Assembly (NCBI GenBank): GCA_033762915.1
Contig: JANRLD010000044.1
Location: forward strand, 1-43,462
Length of the DNA: 43,462 bases
Reading direction: 5' to 3'
Source: Meiothermus sp.
GTDB taxonomy: Bacteria; Deinococcota; Deinococci; Deinococcales; Thermaceae
Shown here: one piece after another, positions 37,356 through 43,462 of the stretch
Position numbering within the stretch: position 1 is the stretch's first letter
How the letters are laid out: the number at the start of each line of letters is the position of its first letter
Notes under the pieces: generated by a model
The model's input: the letters and a program-made list of their open reading frames with translations, nothing else
The model's database searches: none
What the model was told of the DNA's origin: nothing
Program-made: the position numbers and the translations under genes

Positions 37356-39395
37356 ATGCACCGAAGAGGATTCGTGCTCATAACCGCGCTGACCATGCTG
37401 GTGGTGCTGATGGCCCTGCTCACGGCCTACTTCACCCTGACCCGCGTGGAGGTCTCCACCACCGCCGCCACCGCCAACGCCACCACCGGCTTCTACGCCG
37501 CCGAGGCCGGGCTTAACCTGCGGGCCGAGGCGGTTAAGGGGATGTTCACCGGCGGGCCGCCCGCCGTCGGGGGAACACCCCCCGCCCTCAGCGAGTGCGT
37601 GAGCAGCGCGAGCGCGGGCTCTGCCAGCAGCTTCGGCTGCTGGCGGGCGGGTAGCATCCAGGGCCGCACGGTGGACACCAGCCTGCGCCCCGCCGACGCC
37701 GGAACCACCGCCGGCACCGGCACCAACGGCCAGGTGGCCCCCGGCGAGGCCTTCGCCGGGCTGCGCTACACCGAGTACAACTACGACCTTGGCGCCCAGG
37801 CCAGCCTGCGCGGTCAGCCCGAGGCCATCCTGGGGATGCGCTTCCGCGTAAGGCAGATCCCGCTGTTCCAGTTCATGGCCTTCTACGACGAAGACCTGGA
37901 ACTCGGCCCTGGCCCCCAGATGACCCTCAACGGCCCCGTCCACACCAACGGCGACCTCTACCTATCGGCCTCCAACGGCAACATCGGCTCGCCGGTGACG
38001 CTGGACATCTCCGGCCAGGTGACCGCCGTGGGCAACCTGGTGCGCGGGCGCAAGAACGGCGACTCCGAGCAGAGCGGCACCCCCTGCCCCGGCCTGGTGC
38101 GCATCCGGCCCAGCGGCGCGGCCAGCGCAGACCCCAGCACTTTCCCCGCCCTGCTGCCCTCGAGCGGCAGTGGCGGCAGTTGCCCTTACCAGCTCGCCAC
38201 CAATTTCGAGGCCTTCAACGGCTCGGTGCGGGCGGGCAACGCCAGCGAGGGCCTGCGGGTGAACCGATTGAGCGTCCCCCGGCCTGAAGCCCTGGACCCA
38301 GTGGGCGGGGCCACCTACTGGGAGAACGCCCAGCTCCGGCTGGTACTCGACCCCGCCACCAACAACCTCCAGGTGCAAAACGCCCAGGGGCAGAACATCC
38401 CCGCCGCCACTACCGCGCTGCAGACCGCCTGTCCCGGCATCGTGGGCAGCAACGGCGAGACCTTGGCCGCCGCCCAGACCGGCGGGGCCGCCCGGGGCAC
38501 CGCCAACTTCTACAACGCCCGTGAGGCCGCCAACATCCGCATGCTGGACGTGGACATGACCAACCTGTTGGGCTGCATCAATGCCAACCCGGCAGCCTTC
38601 CAGTTCAACCTGGACAACCCAGGCGGGCTGGTCTTCTACTTCACAATCTGCTCGGGCCTGGACTGCCGCAACGCCCCGCCAGTACCCAACAACTACGGGG
38701 TGCGCGTGCGCAACGGGGCCAACATCAGCGCCCCGCCCAACCTGCCCAGCGTCAACATCAGCGGCCTGAGCGTGGTGACCAACCAAGCCGTCTATGTTCA
38801 GGGCGACTTCAACTGTAAGTCCTACGATGCGGCGAACCGACGCTGCAATCGGCAGTTTATCAATGGCGTCTTGCAGGAAGCCACCTCCACCGGCACCTGG
38901 CGGCCCTCGGCCTTCCTTTCCGACTCGCTCAACATCCTCTCGAGCCGCTGGGAGTCCGACACTCAGACCCGCAACGCCAGCAATACCCTCGTCAACGACC
39001 TCTGCAAGACCGCCAACCCCGGCCAGCAGGCCTGCGTGGACGGGGTCGCCACCCTGCCCGTCGACGGCGCGGTTGCCGCCGACACCACCGTGAACGCCGC
39101 CTTCCTGTCCGGTGTAGACATAACCGGGGGCGGGGTCTACAACGGTGGCCTGCAAAACTACCCCCGCTTCCACGAGAACTGGTCGGGTCGGACCCTCACC
39201 TACAAGGGCTCCTTCGTCAGCCTCGACCGCCCCCGCTACGTGCGCGGCGCCTTCCCCGCCCAACGCTACAACCCCCCCAACCGCGTCTGGGAGTACGACA
39301 CCGCCTTCAACGACTCGTCCAACCTTCCCCCCCTGACCCCCAAGGTGACACAGCTCGAGCAAGAACTGTTCACCCGCGAGTTCGAGCAGCGTTAA
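37356..39395 (+). CDS. Large PilX-type tip pilin with extended C-terminal domain
   Basis: G/FVLITAL lacking E5, FYAAEAG motif, GPVHTNG, C-terminal GGLQNYPRFHENW...YNPPNRVWEYD. Confidence 0.85.
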   Translation: MHRRGFVLITALTMLVVLMALLTAYFTLTRVEVSTTAATANATTGFYAAEAGLNLRAEAVKGMFTGGPPAVGGTPPALSECVSSASAGSASSFGCWRAGSIQGRTVDTSLRPADAGTTAGTGTNGQVAPGEAFAGLRYTEYNYDLGAQASLRGQPEAILGMRFRVRQIPLFQFMAFYDEDLELGPGPQMTLNGPVHTNGDLYLSASNGNIGSPVTLDISGQVTAVGNLVRGRKNGDSEQSGTPCPGLVRIRPSGAASADPSTFPALLPSSGSGGSCPYQLATNFEAFNGSVRAGNASEGLRVNRLSVPRPEALDPVGGATYWENAQLRLVLDPATNNLQVQNAQGQNIPAATTALQTACPGIVGSNGETLAAAQTGGAARGTANFYNAREAANIRMLDVDMTNLLGCINANPAAFQFNLDNPGGLVFYFTICSGLDCRNAPPVPNNYGVRVRNGANISAPPNLPSVNISGLSVVTNQAVYVQGDFNCKSYDAANRRCNRQFINGVLQEATSTGTWRPSAFLSDSLNILSSRWESDTQTRNASNTLVNDLCKTANPGQQACVDGVATLPVDGAVAADTTVNAAFLSGVDITGGGVYNGGLQNYPRFHENWSGRTLTYKGSFVSLDRPRYVRGAFPAQRYNPPNRVWEYDTAFNDSSNLPPLTPKVTQLEQELFTREFEQR

Positions 39396-40990
39396 TGGGC
39401 CAGCCGGTGCCGCTGAACCTTGCCCGCTAGGTTTTTTGGCAGCGCCTCGAGCACGGTCACCCTCTTGGGCCGAAGGGTACGCGGGAGGGCGGCCTCGAGG
39501 TCTTGGGCGATCTGCTCAGCCTCAAGGGTGCGGCCTTCTTTGAGCACCACGAACAGGTGAACCGCCTGGCCGTACTCTGGGTCGGGCACCCCGACGACGG
39601 CGCACTCGAGGGCGTACTCGAGGGCCTGCTGGATTTGCGCCTCGAGGGCCTGGGGATAGACGTTCTCGCCGCCCAGGATCAGCATCTCGTCGCGACGGCC
39701 CAGCAGGAACAGGCGGCCCTCGGCATCCAGACGACCGACGTCGCCCGTCTTGACGGCTATGCCGCCGCGCTCGATCTGGATTTCGCCCGGCTTCAGGGGG
39801 TTGTGCTGCGGGTTGAGGATGGTCAGGCCAACCCCCGGAAGCGGCCTGCCCACGCAGTCCGGGGCCTCGGCCAGGTCTCGGGGTGTTGCCAGCGAGATGA
39901 CCCCGGTCTCGCTGGAGCCGTAGAGGTTGAACAGCACCGGGCCGAGGCGCTTCAGGGTGCGCCGGGCCAGCTCGGGCGGGAGCGGGGCCGAACCGCAGAT
40001 GATCCGGTCCAGGCTGCGGGGCTGCCAGCCGGGCGGGGCGGCCCCCAGGAGCCGGTAAAGGATGGTGGGGACGACCGTCAGCACTCTGATGGGGTATCGC
40101 TCGAGGCAGTGCAGGTAGTCCTCGGCCCTGCCCCTGGGAAACAGGTACAGCGGCACGGCCATCGCCAGGCTCAGCCCCAGCGTGGTCAGCCCATGTCCGT
40201 GCAGCAGCGGCACAGTGAGCAAGACCGGGTCGCCTGTGCGCGGCTGGAGGGCGCTCAACAATCCCGTCAGCAGGCCCAGAAGCTCCCCCAGCGAGGGCTT
40301 GCGCCGCACCAGTTTTGCTGCGCCCGTAGTTCCCGAGGTGAGCAGGGTCAGCCTGCCGGAGCCTCTTCTCGGGAGCGGGCTCGAGGCCCGCACCGACCTC
40401 AGCTCGGCCAGGTCGGTTGTTCCCTCGATGGTCTGATCGAGGCAGATCAGGTGGGTTCGGGGAGAGTGCTGACGTATTGATGTGACGGCGGGATGGAACT
40501 CGGCATCGTAAAACAGTAGGTCTACCGGGCGGGCCTCGAGGAAGGCCTTAAGCTGCTCGGCACCCCACATGGTGTTGAGCAAAAACGTCTCGGCCCCCCA
40601 CCGCCCGCAAGCCAGTACGGCCTCGACGTACTCGATCCGATTCCGCCCCAACAGTCCGACGGACCTTGCCCCCGGGAAGGTTTGGGCCAGAACTGAGGCG
40701 AGGCGGTGGGTGCTCGTGGCCAACTCCCCGAAGCTCAGCTGCCGCTCGCCCTCGAGCAGGGCCAAGCGTTCGGGAAACCGCCGCGCACTCCAGGCCGCCA
40801 GCGAGTACAGCGAAACCCCGTGCCGCAAGAAACTCAGACCCAGCTGCAATAGGGCCATCGGGGCGAATGGGGAGAGCAGTCCCGTCTGGCGGAGGAGGCG
40901 GTAGGTGCTGGCCAGGAGGGGGAGCAGAGAGAGGTGCTCCAGTGGATTCCGGGGTCGCCCGAGGTGGGCTGCGGTTTTCTCACGGCTCAT
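39392..40990 (-). CDS. Acyl-CoA synthetase (AMP-forming)
   Basis: LTSGTTGAAK, YGSSETG, KTGD, GRRDEM..GGENVYP, LPKNLAGK. Confidence 0.9.
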   Translation of the reverse strand: MSREKTAAHLGRPRNPLEHLSLLPLLASTYRLLRQTGLLSPFAPMALLQLGLSFLRHGVSLYSLAAWSARRFPERLALLEGERQLSFGELATSTHRLASVLAQTFPGARSVGLLGRNRIEYVEAVLACGRWGAETFLLNTMWGAEQLKAFLEARPVDLLFYDAEFHPAVTSIRQHSPRTHLICLDQTIEGTTDLAELRSVRASSPLPRRGSGRLTLLTSGTTGAAKLVRRKPSLGELLGLLTGLLSALQPRTGDPVLLTVPLLHGHGLTTLGLSLAMAVPLYLFPRGRAEDYLHCLERYPIRVLTVVPTILYRLLGAAPPGWQPRSLDRIICGSAPLPPELARRTLKRLGPVLFNLYGSSETGVISLATPRDLAEAPDCVGRPLPGVGLTILNPQHNPLKPGEIQIERGGIAVKTGDVGRLDAEGRLFLLGRRDEMLILGGENVYPQALEAQIQQALEYALECAVVGVPDPEYGQAVHLFVVLKEGRTLEAEQIAQDLEAALPRTLRPKRVTVLEALPKNLAGKVQRHRLAH

Positions 40991-41849
40991 CACTTTTTCC
41001 CCCTGCCCCCACCCTGTTCCCCTCAACCTCCCTCCACGCCATCCAGCGTTCCACCGGCCCCGTAAACAGCAGCGAGAGCAGTTCCGCACTCCCCAGCCAC
41101 CACGGGGCCAGGCGGTCTCGAGGGCGGGCGATGGCATAGGCGATGGTCTGGGCGGCCTCGAGGGGCGTGAGGGCGGGGGCGCGGTCGTAGGCGCGGGTGG
41201 GGGCGATCATGCGGGTGCGCACCAGGGGCAAGTAGACGCTCGAGGCCCGAATGTTCTTGGGGCGCAACTCGTTGGCAACGCCGCGCAGCCAGACCTCGAA
41301 CCCGGCCTTGCTGCTCTGGTAGGCGGCCCAGCGGGGGGCGGCGGGGAGCCGGGCGGCGGCCGAGGAAACGTTGATGATATGGCCACCGCCCTGCCGGATC
41401 ATGCGCGGCAGCAGGCCGGTGAGAAGGGCAGCGGGGCTGTGGAAGTTGAGGGCCAGACAGCGGCCGAGGTCGTCGCGCTCGTGGGCGTACAGCACCGAGC
41501 GGCGAATGGACTTCCCGGCGTTGGAAACCACGATGTCTATGCGGGGGTGGTTGGCCTCGAGGGTTCGGGCCAACGTGGGCACATCGCCGACCTGGTACAA
41601 GTCCGCCACGTAGGCGGTGGCCTGGCCCCCTTCAGCATGAATCTGCCCGACGAGCCGCTCGAGCTTCTCCGCCGTGCGGGCGACCAGGATCACCTCCGCT
41701 CCAGCCTGGGCCAGCAGCAGGGCGGTGGCCTCCCCGATCCCATAAGAGGCCCCGGTGACAAGTACCGTCTTCCCCCCCACCCTATCCCGCAGGGGCTCGA
41801 GGCCACGCAGGGCGGGCGGGGAGAGGAGTAAGCGGCTGAGCCAGGACAT
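40980..41849 (-). CDS. SDR oxidoreductase, Acr1-type fatty acyl-CoA reductase-like
   Basis: TGASYGIG, NAGKSIRRS, YQSSK, YLPLVRTRMIAPT; start may be 41849 or 41861. Confidence 0.85.
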   Translation of the reverse strand: MSWLSRLLLSPPALRGLEPLRDRVGGKTVLVTGASYGIGEATALLLAQAGAEVILVARTAEKLERLVGQIHAEGGQATAYVADLYQVGDVPTLARTLEANHPRIDIVVSNAGKSIRRSVLYAHERDDLGRCLALNFHSPAALLTGLLPRMIRQGGGHIINVSSAAARLPAAPRWAAYQSSKAGFEVWLRGVANELRPKNIRASSVYLPLVRTRMIAPTRAYDRAPALTPLEAAQTIAYAIARPRDRLAPWWLGSAELLSLLFTGPVERWMAWREVEGNRVGAGGKSDEP

Positions 41850-41979
41850 GCCTGGGCGCATTTTAACGCCCATTCCGACTTGCGTATCGCGTACCATAGG
41901 GGTATCACTGGAATCCTGGGGCGTCTGTTATACAGGTGGTCGAAATCACGTAACGCCTTGTCGCGCTTGCTGGTGTCAA

Positions 41980-42026
41980 ATAACCGTAACTGTAGCCCAA
42001 CCCTGTCTAGGCTAAGTAACGGTTAT
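41980..42026. promoter_or_regulatory. Imperfect inverted repeat upstream of the nucleotide-sugar dehydrogenase
   Basis: ATAACCGTAAC (41980-41990) and GTAACGGTTAT (42016-42026), 10/11 complementary. Confidence 0.4.
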
Positions 42027-42093
42027 CGGTTATACCGACCCCCACAAGGTGACAACCCGTGCGCGTTGAGCAGGCAGACAGGAGTCAGCGTCT

Positions 42094-43413
42094 ATGATTA
42101 AGGAAATCAGCAGCCAGCAAGTCCTTCTCGAGAAGATCCACAGCCGTACCGCCGTGGTGGGCGTGGTAGGGCTGGGATACGTGGGCCTGCCCTTCGCGGT
42201 GGAGAAGGCCAAGGTGGGTTACAAGGTGGTCGGCTTCGACCGCAGCGTGCCGCGCGTGGGCCAGGTCAACCGGGGCGAGAACTATATCAAAGACGTCAAG
42301 GATGAAGAGCTCAAGGAGGCGGTGGGCAAGGGCCTGATCGAGGCCACCACCGACTTCGCCCGTTTGCGCGAGGTGGACGTAGTGGTGATCTGCGTCCCCA
42401 CCCCGCTGAATAAGAACCTGATCCCCGACCTCCAGTACGTCGAGGCCGTGACCCAGGAGGCCGCCAAGTACCTGCGGCCGGGCCAGCTGATTAGCCTCGA
42501 GTCGACCACCTATCCCGGCACCACCGACGAGATCATGCTGCCCATCCTCCAGACCAGCGGTCTGGAACTGAATAAAGACTTCTTCCTAGCCCACAGCCCC
42601 GAGCGCGTGGACCCCGGCAACGCCCGCTACAGCACCAAGAACACCAACAAGGTGGTGGGCGGGGTGGGCGCGGAGAGCCTCGAGGTGGCGGTGGCCTTCT
42701 ACTCCGCCACCATCGACCATGTGGTGCCCGTTTCCAGCGCCAAGGCCGCCGAGCTGGTCAAGGTCTACGAGAACACCTTCCGCGCCGTCAACATCGCGCT
42801 GGTCAACGAGATCACGGTGCTCTGCGACCGCATGGGCCTCAACGTGTGGGAGGTGCTGGATGCCGCCTTCACCAAGCCCTTCGGGATTATGCCCTTCTAC
42901 CCCGGCCCCGGCGTGGGCGGCCACTGCATCCCGCTGGACCCGCACTACCTCGAGTTCAAGGCCAAGGAGTACAACTTCAACACCCACTTCATTAGCCTAG
43001 CCGGCGAAACCAACCGCCGCATGCCCAGCTTCACCGTCACCAAGGCCGCACGCATCCTCAACGGCTTCAAGAAGTCCTTGAACGGCTCCAAGATCGTGAT
43101 GCTCGGCATGGCCTACAAGGCCAATCTCGACGACCCCCGCGAGAGCCCGGCTATCGAGGTCTTCAAGCTACTCAGGGACGCGGGTGCGGAGGTGGTCTTC
43201 CACGACACCTGGACCCCCCACATCGACGAGCACGGCGTCCGGGCCGACAGCGTGGAGCTGACCGACGACCTGATCAAGAGCGCCGACCTGGTGATGATCA
43301 CCACTGCCCACAGCAACGTCGACTACGCCCGCGTGGTCGAGCTGGCCCCAGCCGTCCTCGACACGCGCTACGCCACCAAGGGCCTCAAGAGCGACAAGAT
43401 CACCATGCTCTAA
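42094..43413 (+). CDS. UDP-N-acetylhexosamine dehydrogenase (WbpA/WecC/TviB family)
   Basis: GLGYVGLP, ICVPTP, LESTTYPGTT, SPERVDPGN, KVYENTFRAVNIA, GVGGHCIP, YKANLDDPRESP. Confidence 0.92.
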   Translation: MIKEISSQQVLLEKIHSRTAVVGVVGLGYVGLPFAVEKAKVGYKVVGFDRSVPRVGQVNRGENYIKDVKDEELKEAVGKGLIEATTDFARLREVDVVVICVPTPLNKNLIPDLQYVEAVTQEAAKYLRPGQLISLESTTYPGTTDEIMLPILQTSGLELNKDFFLAHSPERVDPGNARYSTKNTNKVVGGVGAESLEVAVAFYSATIDHVVPVSSAKAAELVKVYENTFRAVNIALVNEITVLCDRMGLNVWEVLDAAFTKPFGIMPFYPGPGVGGHCIPLDPHYLEFKAKEYNFNTHFISLAGETNRRMPSFTVTKAARILNGFKKSLNGSKIVMLGMAYKANLDDPRESPAIEVFKLLRDAGAEVVFHDTWTPHIDEHGVRADSVELTDDLIKSADLVMITTAHSNVDYARVVELAPAVLDTRYATKGLKSDKITML

Positions 43414-43415
43414 AG

Positions 43416-43452
43416 CCCTTCTCCCCTGGGAGAAGGGTTGGGATGGGGGGCT
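43416..43452. repeat. REP-like palindrome/terminator after the dehydrogenase
   Basis: CCCTTCTCCC-CT-GGGAGAAGGG perfect stem then TTGGGATGGGGG; related to 14921-14970. Confidence 0.55.
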
Positions 43453-43462
43453 TTTGAAGTTC

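Overview
High-GC (roughly 68-70% by eye) bacterial chromosomal segment, most consistent with Deinococcota (Meiothermus/Calidithermus-like; inferred from gene repertoire, TANNNT boxes close to start codons and heavy CTCGAG use). Left to right: end of a branched-chain amino-acid ABC operon (livH-livM-livG-start of livF); NAD-malic enzyme; histidine phosphatase; a three-gene minus-strand module (MoxR-like AAA+ ATPase split by one in-frame TAG, a ~930-aa LRV/HEAT-repeat solenoid, and an HExxH-metallopeptidase/vWA protein); guaB; a ~13-kb ROK-regulated sugar catabolic island (ABC importer, AlsK-like allose kinase, D-lyxose/mannose-type isomerase, four more kinases including a PfkA lacking the MGR motif, class II aldolase and LacD); YibE/F; a surface polysaccharide/glycosylation block (TPR protein, secreted protein, Wzc-like Tyr kinase, O-antigen ligase family); orphan minC; four minor type IV pilins ending in a 679-aa PilX-type pilin; an acyl-CoA ligase plus Acr1-like SDR; and a UDP-N-acetylhexosamine dehydrogenase. 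Intergenic DNA holds several small repeat families, including a TA-flanked MITE/REP-like hairpin element nested inside another copy, and a 25-bp motif bracketing the AAA gene as an inverted pair. No rRNA, tRNA, CRISPR array or transposase was recognised.
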